Positions 6,545-16,616 are shown, counted from the first letter of the stretch. The stretch: 40,229 bases of DNA from Deltaproteobacteria bacterium (GCA_016283195.1 JAEEML010000057.1:1-40229); one strand, 5' to 3'. Notes: generated by a model from the letters alone, not told the origin. Numbers and translations are program-made.

Positions 6545-9500
6545 CTACCAATAAAGATGGAGAGCGCCGTTGCCGTTTATGGCTTCGCTGACAATAAAGG
6601 CACCCAGCGCATCGCCCATAAAATTATTGATATTAACTATTGTGCGGCCAAAGGCAAAAGCCTGATTTGTAGAAGCAGTGCTGCCATAGAGGAAAGAATC
6701 TATCTTAAAGGCAGGCGCTGAGTCTAATAAATCAATATCAGCAATCATAACTGTAGCTACAGTGGGCGCGCCAACCGCAATTTCGACACGGTTATCACCA
6801 TCTATATCGCCAAGAAGTGCCAGAGAGCCGCTATATTGACCAAAGCTGGTAAGAGTGGCGGCGGCAAAGTCTTTACCGGAGAGAGTGGCACAAGGATCTG
6901 CCAAAAGGCCATTTTCGCTGCCACAATATAATTGCACAGTGCCATTATAGCTTAGGAGCAAACTATCAGCTTGCTTGCCGCTCATTGTTCCCGGCAGAGT
7001 GACTAAATTGGTGACCATTGTACCAACTGTTATTTCCCTGATAGCTTGGGCAGGTGTGTAATTCTTTTCTGTTAGTGGCCCATGATAAATATGCAGGGCT
7101 TTTCTATCGGCATTAGTGGTGACCAAATCGGCTTTGCCGTCGCCGTTGAAATCGCCGGCAGCTACCAGGAAGCCGTAATTGCCTTCAGCGGTGATAGTGA
7201 CATCCGGCTGCTTTTCGCCGCTACCATCGGTGGTGATTATAACATCACCTGTGGGGAAGTTGCTGCCGCCGTAATAAATGAATACAGCTTTTCCGGTATT
7301 GCTGCCGATGATGAGATCACCCTGACCATCGCCGTTTAGATCGGCTATAGCTGTGGATACACCAAAGGCTGCAGCTGCTGCCGGTGAATCGTAGTAAAAA
7401 GCTGTTTGGGGCTCATAATTCGGCTGATAAACATTAGCTACTTGTTTGCCGGTAAAATTACTGGCCAAATCATAGCCGCTATAAACAAAGACGGCACCAT
7501 TAGCTATAGCGCCGTTATTAATGTTTGGCATGGAGTTAGAGCTGATAACCAAATCGGCATGATCATCACCAGTTAAATCGCCTTTATGTGCTCCGGAGAG
7601 TGGGGCGGCGGCAATGCTGTAGCCAAGATAAGGACTTCCCGGCGTGTTTTCGGTTAAATTAAAGGTATAGCTCGGGGCAGGTTCTCCGCCGTTTGCTATA
7701 TCTTGCGCTCCGGAGAGGAAGAGATCAACAGCGCCTTTGCCGTTAAGATAGCGCATTGCTGCGACGGCAAAATCATCGCGGCCGTCGTTATCAATATCGC
7801 CGACATTAACCATCGCCGAGCCATAAGAAGCCATGTTGTCTCTTGAGCTTAAATAAGCCGGAGAGGTGTTGTCGCGCCCTTCGCTCTGAGTGCCGTCCAG
7901 GTGGCTGTCTTCGGGCCAGGTGCGCAGCGGTAAGACGCGTTGGCCGTTGCTATCGCCTGTTTCCGAACTGTTTTGCGCACTGTCAAGCGCTTCCACTACA
8001 AAACAATAATCCTGATGCAAGGGGAGATTTTTGAAAGTATAACTTATGGTGCCGTTTTCATCGGCGCTAAGAGAGAGACTCTCCAGGTGGGAGATGTTGC
8101 TTTCATCCAGAGTGCCGCTAAGATCGGCACAGGCTGCCAAATAGCCGAGAGCACTATAGCCCAGCGGGCGATAGCCTACTTTGTACATAGTTATGTCATT
8201 AGCTATGGCACTGTTTTCACTTTGCCAGGCGATGGTGACATGGCCATGGCGGCGTGAGCAGGTCTCTTCTTTGCATATAGAGGAGCAAATATCGGGCTCC
8301 AGATATTTGGCGCTATTGTCATCCGGTGGGTTAGTGCTCTCTCCCAAACAAATAAGCGGCTTAATAGGAGCCGGCGGCATGGTATCAACCAGAGCAATAA
8401 TAGTTTCAGCTACAGCTTTCGCGGAGATATTACCAGCTTTGTCGGTGGCCGAGAGGCTTAAAGAGTGTTTTTCGCCGGCCGGCAGACTTGGTACTCCTAA
8501 ATTGGTAAATATAGCCAGACAGTGATGATTATTGTCACAAGCTGTTGTGCGGGTGGCAGCGCCGCTAAGAGGATAATCAGGCTGATCGGTCGAAATGGTA
8601 ACCAGCTGATTTTCTTCGATATTAGATACCTCAGCCACTAGCGCTGTGCGGCTTGTGTTAAGGCCGTTCTCATGGATGCCGTCGCCACGCAGCCAGTCTA
8701 AAGAGGCATTCCACAGCGCTTCGCCGTTTATGCCGCTTTCGTTATAGGGAACATTAAATTCTTTAAGACCGCCCAGAATGTCGTTGCCGACCCGGCGCCA
8801 GGTTATCGTCGGAGCATCTACATCGGCTACTAAACCGTTAATAATGCGGTGGCCGATTAAAGAGCCGCCTTTGGTTAGCGATATATCCAGAGAATTGTAA
8901 ATAGCTGTTTCTTGCGAAAGCTCAAGATTTACCCCGCTTATCAGTACTGTGTTGTTGCTGCTAACTGTGCCGCTGACCTCGCGCTTACCGGCTGGGCTTT
9001 CAATGGAAAGGGTGACATTAGCTCCGCTGAGATCGCTGCCATCGAGATTATCTACCGCTATTGTAAGGGCGGTATTTAAGAAATCCCCGGCTGGAGTTCC
9101 GTCGAGATTGCCAAAATAGCTGCCTTCTTCCACCAGGAGGCCGGTTAAGGGCTCATTGGTCTCTTTATCGGTGCGCTCCACCAAAATAAGTGCGCTGGAG
9201 ACATTATGCAAAGTTAAATAGAGCGGGTTACTGTAAGTAATATTGCCGCTGGCATCGGTGGCTTTTAATTTTACAGTGCGCTCATCGCCGGGGAGGAAAC
9301 CGGGGCCGATACCGGCTATGGCGGTAGCCAGGTTGCTGTAAGCGGTATCGAGGTCGGCAGCAGAATCAAGAGAGCTGTTGAAGACGATATCGGTAATGCC
9401 GTCCATTTCACTGATTAAAGAAAGAGTGCAGGGGCAACCGGCGACATTAACCAGCAAATCATTGCTGGAGGTGTCAAGGTAACCATAGCCGAGCGGGCGG

Positions 9501-12500
9501 TTGTCACCGCCGGTGACAATATTAGCTGTGCAGGAACCGCTTGCCTGACAGTTTAAGCTGGTGCCGTTTTGCTCTAAAACCAGGTTAGCTGTTGGGCCAA
9601 GATAGTCGATATGATATTCTGTTACGGCGGAATGCACCTCATTTTGGCCGATATCAGTCATCGAAACACTAATTGTATTTATGGTTTCGTTAAGTGTATC
9701 TTTTTGCAAGAAGGGCACATCAAAAGTTAAAATAGCCTCTTTGCCGCTGGCGGTTAGTGTGCGCTCTATTTGTGCTACATCGCTGCCGCTCGTGCGCGAA
9801 AGCACAACTTTACTGCCATTTAAAGCAGAACCGTCGCTGATGATAACTTGCACCGGCATCATGAGGACTTTTTGCCCTTCATAAGTGGCAATGGTGCCAT
9901 CCTGGGCGGTGTAGAGGCTCTTGGCCGGAGTGGAAAGCTCTACGCTAGGCAAGCTGGAATCAACGTAAACGGTATAAGATGATAATTCATTGATTGCATT
10001 TTTGTTACCGTTTTCATCTTCCACTACCACCTGGAGATGATGGGTGCCTTCAGCCAAATTTAGCGTCAATTTTGATTGGACATCATTAGAAACGGAAGTG
10101 CTGCCGACCAGACTATTGGGGCTGGGATTATCGCTATATACGCGGAGCATGGTTTTTTGGGAAAGCCCGCTGACTTCGGCAGCGGCACTCACGGCAAAGC
10201 CGCTTGCTCCGGCTATGCCTTCCTTTAATGTGGAATTAAAGACCAAAAGGTTTTCCGTATCGTTCTGCGTTTTATTGTTTATAAATTCAAATTTTTTAAG
10301 CTCCGGCGGCTCGGTATCCACTATAATGGAACGCATATCAGAGGCAGTAGAAATATTTAAATCACTGTTTTCTATGGCGACATATATCTCTTGAGAGCCT
10401 TCCGGCAAGGTGGCATCGGTAAAGAAAACGGTACTGCGCCTTAGAGAGCCATTATTGGTAGAGGTGGCTAAAACATAGCCGCTGCCTACCGGGCAGAGCT
10501 CGCTGGCGGTACCTTTAAGCGATGAACAGAGGTAGGCCGGTGAGCCCTTAGGATAACCAAAAGCTATAGCGGTAAATTCGGTTTGATAACCGGGGATATT
10601 CTTTTTGAGATCGGTGGCGGCATTGAATTTGGCATTGATAGCCGGAGCGGTGATGCTAATGGCATTGAGCTCGGTGTTAATGGAGAAGGAATAAGAGAGC
10701 TCGCTCTTATTGCCAAAAGAGTCGCTGACTACAAAAAGCGCTGTATAACTGCCGCCGTCAAATGGAACATCATTGAAGGCATATTCGAAAATGCCATTGC
10801 CGATAGCTTTGGGCAAAGCTACTAAAACAGGATCCATATCGGGCACATTAAGCGGAGGTTCAAAAGATAAGTAACCGATATCATTATTAATATCTCCCTG
10901 TACCCGGTAAGAGAATTTGAGCGCTATATCATCGGTTGTCATGGTGACATCATCTTGGACGCCAAATTCGCTACGCGTCGGATCCGGTTGGGCCTGGCGG
11001 ATAACGGGTGCTTTGGTGTTGGCGTTTAAAGTGATACTGAGCGGATTACTGCGGTTGCCGGCGCAATCTAAAAGGTAAGCATTTAAGACAGTTTGGCCTT
11101 CGGTGGCTTCGGCCGGCAAAACGGTAACATCGTAGAAAGTGAGCGAACCGCCGTCGCCAAGTGGCAGAGTAGCGCGGAAGAGCTCTTCGCCGCCGGTAAA
11201 GGAGCTGATAAGTTCCACGCTCATGTTATATAAATTGGGCTCGGTAGTGTCGATGGGCATTTCCAGGGTAACATTTTGTTGCAAACCCTCTTCGTCGCTA
11301 TTGGTATCTATGCTGCTTTGACCAAGAAGAGCGCCATCTTGAGGGGCAATAAAGCGGGCCGAACCGGCGATAGTCGGCGGCGTATTATCAATGAATATTC
11401 TTATTGTTTTGGAGACGGCCACATAGCCGGAATCATTTTCGCAGGTGACATATATGTCGTTTTGTCCGGTGGCCAAATTTCCTACTGCTTCAGCGCTAAA
11501 AGATAGAGCGCCGTCGCTGGAGGAGGGATTTACGGCTAAGGGATTTTTGGAGAAAGCGGTGGCCTCGGCGGCTTTACTCCAGAGGTGGCAATTATAAGAG
11601 CTTATCGATTTGCTGACCGGATCTATAGCGCCGCTTATGACGAGATTATCACCGGCGGCGCAACTACCGCCGCCGTTAAAGATGGTGATATTGTGGCTAA
11701 AGGAATCGATTTTTAGCTCAATAATTTCCGCGCTTTGATTGCCGGCTTCATCGGTGGCTATAACCTTGAGTTGATAGCGACCAAAGGGGAAAATCATTTT
11801 TCCAAAATCAAAATTTAAAATATCGCCGTTATTTATGAGTTCTTTTTGGGCAACAGGCGTAAGTGTGCCGCCTTGGGGATTAGTGAGTAGATCAATAGTT
11901 AACTTAGAGCCGACAAATTCGCCGCTTTGCCGGGGATCGATGCTGACGACAACAGGAATGGCAAGGCCCTCGTCATTCGGCAAGAGCTCCGGATGGAGAG
12001 CGCTTTCAAATAAGGCACTATCTAAGGGACTGGCCAAAGAAAAGATCGGCGCTATGGAATCAATATAAAATTCAATGGCTTTTTGCGCGATGTTGCCGGC
12101 GGCATCTTTAGCCGAAACAGTTAGTACATAAGCTCCGTCAGCAAGGTTTAAGGTGGCAGAAACAGTACTATTTTCGCTGGTAAAGGTGCTTAACGAATTT
12201 TCTGTTATGTGGCTCTCTTTGCGGCGCACCTCCAGAGTTACTTCCGTGCCGGCCTCTATGCCGCTTAATGTGGCGCTAAAATTCAGAATATTATCATTAA
12301 TATATGCGCCGTGGGCCGGGCTTAAATCACTAAAGACCGGGGCTTGGCCGTCGGCCAACAAAGCTAGAGGAATGGAAGAACTTTTTTGCTCATCATTGAC
12401 TACAGCCTGGATATAACGAGTTACAAGGTCATTTTCGCCGGCATAGGTCAGAGAGACATCTTTGAATGTGTAAAGGCGCATTTTACCTTGGACAGTGCTT

Positions 12501-13423
12501 AGAGCTTCGCGGTAGGATATGACTTTCCCGTTTTCAAGATCAGTTAATGAATCCGCTACATTAAGAACAATATCGGCTGCCGGTGAGCAATTTGTTTCCA
12601 CGGTCACGGCTATTTGTAAACCGGCCAAATCGCTATTTGTATCATCGCGGGCCAGGTAGGTATTGCTCTCACTTAGATTGATTTTTAGGCGGCATTTACC
12701 GGTGTCAACATTTAAAATAGTGCATAATTCCTGGTGATTAAGGCAATCTTCTTGGCCTAAAGAAGGCAAATTTTCCCGCAGGCCGTAGAGAAGGATATTT
12801 TCACCTTCTATGAGGGTTACATCGTGATATGTTGCTTTGCCGCTTGCTTCTATTGTATTGTTTTTAATAATTTTGTCATTGACTGAAAGATAAACAGCTT
12901 GTTCGCTGGCGGCATCATCGCCCTGACAAACAACGGTGATATCCTGTTGCAAATAGGGCATTTCACTGTTGCTGTCTTCGGTGATGGTGTAGCCGGGCTG
13001 GGGCCTAGCCAGGCGACAGAAAGTGCTGTTTTCATCGGCAAAAACAGTAAAATTGGCGCTGGTTCCTTCATAGAAAATGGTAAGTTCATTGCGGCCGGAA
13101 GCCAAGGTGTAATCGGGAAATTCAACCACGCCGTTATATAAAGTAGCTTTGCTTAAAACGGAACCGGGGGCTTTATTTTTCAGGCTGATTTTATTGCCGC
13201 TCTCAATGCCGCCGATTCTGGCGGTGATAGTGGTTTGAATATGGTCTTTTTCAAGGTTTTCATCTTGAAGAAAAGTGAGAGTAGAGCCATCGGCCGGCGT
13301 GACGAGGCCGATAGCGGTTTCACGCTCTGGCAAAGGGTCCGGAGTTTTGCGGCATGAATTAATAAAAAAAGAGGAAACTAATAATAAAAAAGCAAAAGAT
13401 TTTATGCTGTTATTGTAATTCAC
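6545..13423 (-). CDS. Giant surface lipoprotein with Ig-like repeats, an FN3-like domain and C-terminal FG-GAP (integrin-alpha-like) repeats
   Basis: Signal peptide ending FINSC; many D-x-A/S-G-N Ig motifs; VTIAW..Y.V.Y..YTFKNL..DYCFVVEALD; GDIDNDGRDD, GDLTGDDHAD, ADLNGDGQGD, GDFNGDGKAD, GDIDGDNRVE; GAAAGGA RBS before GTG. Confidence 0.85.
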   Translation of the reverse strand: MNYNNSIKSFAFLLLVSSFFINSCRKTPDPLPERETAIGLVTPADGSTLTFLQDENLEKDHIQTTITARIGGIESGNKISLKNKAPGSVLSKATLYNGVVEFPDYTLASGRNELTIFYEGTSANFTVFADENSTFCRLARPQPGYTITEDSNSEMPYLQQDITVVCQGDDAASEQAVYLSVNDKIIKNNTIEASGKATYHDVTLIEGENILLYGLRENLPSLGQEDCLNHQELCTILNVDTGKCRLKINLSESNTYLARDDTNSDLAGLQIAVTVETNCSPAADIVLNVADSLTDLENGKVISYREALSTVQGKMRLYTFKDVSLTYAGENDLVTRYIQAVVNDEQKSSSIPLALLADGQAPVFSDLSPAHGAYINDNILNFSATLSGIEAGTEVTLEVRRKESHITENSLSTFTSENSTVSATLNLADGAYVLTVSAKDAAGNIAQKAIEFYIDSIAPIFSLASPLDSALFESALHPELLPNDEGLAIPVVVSIDPRQSGEFVGSKLTIDLLTNPQGGTLTPVAQKELINNGDILNFDFGKMIFPFGRYQLKVIATDEAGNQSAEIIELKIDSFSHNITIFNGGGSCAAGDNLVISGAIDPVSKSISSYNCHLWSKAAEATAFSKNPLAVNPSSSDGALSFSAEAVGNLATGQNDIYVTCENDSGYVAVSKTIRIFIDNTPPTIAGSARFIAPQDGALLGQSSIDTNSDEEGLQQNVTLEMPIDTTEPNLYNMSVELISSFTGGEELFRATLPLGDGGSLTFYDVTVLPAEATEGQTVLNAYLLDCAGNRSNPLSITLNANTKAPVIRQAQPDPTRSEFGVQDDVTMTTDDIALKFSYRVQGDINNDIGYLSFEPPLNVPDMDPVLVALPKAIGNGIFEYAFNDVPFDGGSYTALFVVSDSFGNKSELSYSFSINTELNAISITAPAINAKFNAATDLKKNIPGYQTEFTAIAFGYPKGSPAYLCSSLKGTASELCPVGSGYVLATSTNNGSLRRSTVFFTDATLPEGSQEIYVAIENSDLNISTASDMRSIIVDTEPPELKKFEFINNKTQNDTENLLVFNSTLKEGIAGASGFAVSAAAEVSGLSQKTMLRVYSDNPSPNSLVGSTSVSNDVQSKLTLNLAEGTHHLQVVVEDENGNKNAINELSSYTVYVDSSLPSVELSTPAKSLYTAQDGTIATYEGQKVLMMPVQVIISDGSALNGSKVVLSRTSGSDVAQIERTLTASGKEAILTFDVPFLQKDTLNETINTISVSMTDIGQNEVHSAVTEYHIDYLGPTANLVLEQNGTSLNCQASGSCTANIVTGGDNRPLGYGYLDTSSNDLLVNVAGCPCTLSLISEMDGITDIVFNSSLDSAADLDTAYSNLATAIAGIGPGFLPGDERTVKLKATDASGNITYSNPLYLTLHNVSSALILVERTDKETNEPLTGLLVEEGSYFGNLDGTPAGDFLNTALTIAVDNLDGSDLSGANVTLSIESPAGKREVSGTVSSNNTVLISGVNLELSQETAIYNSLDISLTKGGSLIGHRIINGLVADVDAPTITWRRVGNDILGGLKEFNVPYNESGINGEALWNASLDWLRGDGIHENGLNTSRTALVAEVSNIEENQLVTISTDQPDYPLSGAATRTTACDNNHHCLAIFTNLGVPSLPAGEKHSLSLSATDKAGNISAKAVAETIIALVDTMPPAPIKPLICLGESTNPPDDNSAKYLEPDICSSICKEETCSRRHGHVTIAWQSENSAIANDITMYKVGYRPLGYSALGYLAACADLSGTLDESNISHLESLSLSADENGTISYTFKNLPLHQDYCFVVEALDSAQNSSETGDSNGQRVLPLRTWPEDSHLDGTQSEGRDNTSPAYLSSRDNMASYGSAMVNVGDIDNDGRDDFAVAAMRYLNGKGAVDLFLSGAQDIANGGEPAPSYTFNLTENTPGSPYLGYSIAAAPLSGAHKGDLTGDDHADLVISSNSMPNINNGAIANGAVFVYSGYDLASNFTGKQVANVYQPNYEPQTAFYYDSPAAAAAFGVSTAIADLNGDGQGDLIIGSNTGKAVFIYYGGSNFPTGDVIITTDGSGEKQPDVTITAEGNYGFLVAAGDFNGDGKADLVTTNADRKALHIYHGPLTEKNYTPAQAIREITVGTMVTNLVTLPGTMSGKQADSLLLSYNGTVQLYCGSENGLLADPCATLSGKDFAAATLTSFGQYSGSLALLGDIDGDNRVEIAVGAPTVATVMIADIDLLDSAPAFKIDSFLYGSTASTNQAFAFGRTIVNINNFMGDALGAFIVSEAINGNGALHLYW

Positions 13424-13436
13424 AATAAAATCCTTT

Positions 13437-13727
13437 CTAAGCGCCCCGGGGCTCGGTAATCAGTTTTTTGGCCTTTAGATTGGCCAAAAATTCACTTATA
13501 TCATTTTGGGCCTCAGCTTCATCGACATCATAAGCAGCAGTTAGAGCCCGGGCCAGTTTATCCGGTGATTGCGGCTCTTTAGCTAAAAGATTCCATAAAA
13601 AAGAAGCTGTATCGTTAAGCAGATGAACTTCGCCGCCGCTGATACCGATGATGATGGTTTCGTCACCAACGGTGCGGAAAGCGATGCGTTTATCCGGTTG
13701 CCAGGTTTTGTTGCTCTTATTGCTCAT
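13437..13727 (-). CDS. PqqD-family protein (stand-alone RiPP recognition element)
   Basis: 96 aa; FRTVGDETIII, LNDTASFLWNLL, L...YDVDEAEAQNDISEFLANLKAKKLI. Confidence 0.9.
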   Translation of the reverse strand: MSNKSNKTWQPDKRIAFRTVGDETIIIGISGGEVHLLNDTASFLWNLLAKEPQSPDKLARALTAAYDVDEAEAQNDISEFLANLKAKKLITEPRGA

Positions 13728-13747
13728 AGCACCCCCAACTCTATTTG

Positions 13748-13776
13748 ATTTTACGCATAGTGAGCGTTTTGGGCAA
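13748..13776 (-). promoter_or_regulatory. Putative sigma70 promoter of the PqqD-lipoprotein-peptide operon
   Basis: Minus strand TTGCCC-N17-TAAAAT. Confidence 0.55.
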
Positions 13777-13786
13777 GTAACTTATT

Positions 13787-14923
13787 CTATTTATGCAGAG
13801 TTATGAGGAGTATTTCGCTTTGTGAGCCCATACGCATTGGTGGCCCCCAAAAGCCGGTACCTTGGCTGACCAGTAACTGGGTATGGCCCACCCGGTAGAA
13901 GCCTTTAAAATATTTTTGCACACTTTTTACAAAAATGGTCCAGGGCCAAAGCTGGCCGCCATGAGTGTGGCCGGTGAGTAAAAGGTCTATACCGTAGTTT
14001 TGGGCTTCATCAGCTATATTTGGTTGGTGGGCCAGGCCGATGACGATAGCGGAGCCGGGAATGCCGGCGGTGGCTCTGGCAAGGTCCGGGCCGTGGCCGG
14101 AATAGCGTGCGGCACTAAGGTCATCCACTCCGGCCAGATAAATAACCGCTTCACCTTTGCTAATGGCTATATGCTCGTTAAAAAGCACTTTTAGGCCTAC
14201 TTCCGGCAAAAATTTCAGCCAACCATCGGCATCGCTGATATATTCGTGATTGCCGGGAACAAAAAATGTGCCGTAAGGTGCTTTTAAATCTTTTAACGGT
14301 AAAAGCTCGTTTTTTATCAGATGGGGCATACCGTCGGTGAGGTCGCCGGTGATGGCTACCATATCCGGTTTTAAGGCCATAGTTTCGCTGACGCGTTTTT
14401 CTAGCCACTTGTGGTTTAGCACCGCGGCAATGTGGAGGTCACTCAACTGGGCTATGGTAAAACCCTCAAAATCGTTAGGTAAATCTGGAAGATGAATATC
14501 ATATTTAGTGATTTGCGGCTCGCCGACAGCCTCATCCATGGCAATGGCGCAAGAGATGGTGGCGATGAGTACCGATAAAGCGGCTCGCAGAAGCGGCCAG
14601 TAGCTATAGGTACCTAAATTGATATGCGCTAGGTAAGTTAAGGCCAAAGAGATAATATCTATAGCCAAGAGAGTTATGGTAATAAAAACCAGCATCCCCA
14701 TCCAGGTGTAAGCGACATAAGCCAGCGGTTCCTGCCTTTTTAGCGGTAAATAACGGCTTAGGATAAAAGAGAGAATGGCAGAAAGTCCCAGCAAAATAAT
14801 GATTCCGGTGCCGATGTAACGCGGGAGGCCGGGCGGGGTGACACTATAAACGAGGCGTTGCCAGATATAGAGGTGGACGCCGGTTACCATGACGGAAAAA
14901 ACAACTAAAAAAAGGATGTACAT
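13787..14923 (-). CDS. Membrane-anchored metallophosphoesterase (YkuE/YaeI-like)
   Basis: N-terminal TM helices; SDLH, TGD, GNHE, LAHQP, GHTHGGQ. Confidence 0.92.
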   Translation of the reverse strand: MYILFLVVFSVMVTGVHLYIWQRLVYSVTPPGLPRYIGTGIIILLGLSAILSFILSRYLPLKRQEPLAYVAYTWMGMLVFITITLLAIDIISLALTYLAHINLGTYSYWPLLRAALSVLIATISCAIAMDEAVGEPQITKYDIHLPDLPNDFEGFTIAQLSDLHIAAVLNHKWLEKRVSETMALKPDMVAITGDLTDGMPHLIKNELLPLKDLKAPYGTFFVPGNHEYISDADGWLKFLPEVGLKVLFNEHIAISKGEAVIYLAGVDDLSAARYSGHGPDLARATAGIPGSAIVIGLAHQPNIADEAQNYGIDLLLTGHTHGGQLWPWTIFVKSVQKYFKGFYRVGHTQLLVSQGTGFWGPPMRMGSQSEILLITLHK

Positions 14924-14931
14924 ATAGTTTA

Positions 14932-15822
14932 TTACTTTCCTATGAGGCCCATTTGGCTAAGTAGCTTTGCCAAACTCGCGCGGTTTTTATCCTGCAGCGG
15001 CACGAGCGGAAGGCGGTACTCTTCGGCAATGAGGCCCATTTGTGCCAGGGCGCTTTTTACCGGAATGGGGTTGCTCTCGATAAAGAGCATCTTGTTAAGT
15101 TCGCGCAATTTATAATGAATTTCTTTGGCTAAGGGCCAGTCTCCGCTAAGGGCAGCTTTGACCATTTGGGCCACCATAGCCGGCACAACATTGGCGCTGA
15201 CCGAGATAACTCCTTTGGCGCCTATGGCCATAGCCGGCATGGTGAGGCCGTCATCTCCGGAGAGCAGAGTAAAATCGGCCGGAGTTCCGGCAATAATGGC
15301 ACCCATTTGTTCCAAATTACCGCTAGCTTCCTTAATACCGATAATGCCGGGAATTTTGGCTAGAGTAGCCACTGTTTCCGGCAACATATTGGTGCCGGTG
15401 CGCCCGGGAACATTGTAGAGCACCACCGGCAAGCCGCCTTCTTCGGCCACCGCCTTAAAGTGGGCAATTTGCCCGGCGGGGGTTGGTTTATTGTAATATG
15501 GGGTAACAACCAGGGCGTACTTAGCCCCAAGTTTGGCTGCCAGTTTGGTGCGATCTATAGCCGCCTTAGTGCTATTGGAGCCGGTGCCGGCCATGATTTG
15601 GCAGCGCCCGGCGGCGAGTTTTACGGCAGTGCTTAAAATCAGCTCGTATTCCGCCTCGCTGACAGTGGCCGCCTCGCCGGTGGTGCCCAGTATTACAAGG
15701 CCGGTGGTGCCGCCCTCTATTTGCCGCTCTATAAGTGTGGTGAGGGCCTCTAAATCAAGAGAACCGTTTTTAAAAGGAGTGACGAGGGCTACCCAAGAGC
15801 CGCTGATATCAAAACTAGCCAT
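14932..15822 (-). CDS. dapA: 4-hydroxy-tetrahydrodipicolinate synthase
   Basis: ALVTPF, GTTGE, GTGSNST, PYYNKP, YNVPGRTG, GIKEASG, SGDD, ESNPIPVK; GGAG RBS favours ATG 15822. Confidence 0.97.
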   Translation of the reverse strand: MASFDISGSWVALVTPFKNGSLDLEALTTLIERQIEGGTTGLVILGTTGEAATVSEAEYELILSTAVKLAAGRCQIMAGTGSNSTKAAIDRTKLAAKLGAKYALVVTPYYNKPTPAGQIAHFKAVAEEGGLPVVLYNVPGRTGTNMLPETVATLAKIPGIIGIKEASGNLEQMGAIIAGTPADFTLLSGDDGLTMPAMAIGAKGVISVSANVVPAMVAQMVKAALSGDWPLAKEIHYKLRELNKMLFIESNPIPVKSALAQMGLIAEEYRLPLVPLQDKNRASLAKLLSQMGLIGK

Positions 15823-15863
15823 ATTATACTCCATAATTTGTTATTGTATTGATAATACTGATA

Positions 15864-16616
15864 TTATTTACATTCCCAATCATCTGGATCACGGGGATTG
15901 GTCTTGGTGGCCACCATGGATGTACAGCCTTCCTGAAAGAGAAAAACGGCCCCGGCCGGCCAGTGCCCGGAAATTACGGCTGCCCCCAAAGAGCTAGTCG
16001 CTACCGTTTCGCTGGCCCCATCGGCAGAAGCAGCAACTTCGGCTAAGCCGGCTCCGCCATCATCACTATTGCCATCGCTACTGCCATCACTACTGCCATC
16101 ACTATTGGCGTCACTGTTAGCATCACTGTTAGCATCACTGTTAGCATCACTGTTAGCATCACTGTTAGCATCACTGTTAGCATCGCTGTTGGCGTCGCTG
16201 TTAGCATCGCTGTTGGCATCATTTGACCCATCAGTCCACTTTATATAACTGCATATTTTGGCGGGATTTTGAAACTCGCTGTTAACTACCAAAGCGAGCT
16301 CACCGTTAATTGCTAAATCAAATTTTGCCAAAGGCAAATCTATCTTTACCTGACCTGGTGATAGTTCTATGGCCTGGCAGGCGCCGAATTGACAAAGCGC
16401 ATAGCTCTCCTTAGGTTCCTCATCACTAATTTGATCCAAAGTGATATAGCCGGTAGCGGCGGTTGAGGGCTTAACAGCCGAGAGATAGTGGGAGCAAAGG
16501 GCATTTTTTTCGAGAGCTACATCGTGCTGCGCCCGGCCGATACCATGGCCGTCTTCATCTTTGCAACCAATTATGCCGATAGTGAATAAAAGCGGTAAAA
16601 AGTATTTTAATCTCAT
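15864..16616 (-). CDS. Hypothetical lipoprotein with (DANS)n low-complexity repeat
   Basis: Signal peptide ending IIGC; internal 12-bp tandem array. Confidence 0.75.
   Translation of the reverse strand: MRLKYFLPLLFTIGIIGCKDEDGHGIGRAQHDVALEKNALCSHYLSAVKPSTAATGYITLDQISDEEPKESYALCQFGACQAIELSPGQVKIDLPLAKFDLAINGELALVVNSEFQNPAKICSYIKWTDGSNDANSDANSDANSDANSDANSDANSDANSDANSDANSDANSDGSSDGSSDGNSDDGGAGLAEVAASADGASETVATSSLGAAVISGHWPAGAVFLFQEGCTSMVATKTNPRDPDDWECK
16065..16232 (-). repeat. 12-bp coding tandem repeat, 14 units (10 DANS plus DGSS x2, DGNS, DGSN)
   Basis: Six identical ACTGTTAGCATC units at 16113-16184 flanked by variants. Confidence 0.95.

Noticed and set aside
6211-6721. Plus-strand ORFs 6211-6465 and 6518-6721
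   Set aside because: They overlap rsmE or are antisense to better-supported genes, with no RBS or motifs.
13437-13727. PQQ cofactor biosynthesis
   Set aside because: No pqqB, pqqC or pqqE, and the peptide lacks the W..P leader and typical PqqA size. Its ExxxY-like ECEANY/EANY segment does not give the exact E-x-x-x-Y spacing.
16065-16232. CRISPR array
   Set aside because: Contiguous 12-bp units with no unique spacers, in frame within a CDS, and no cas genes.
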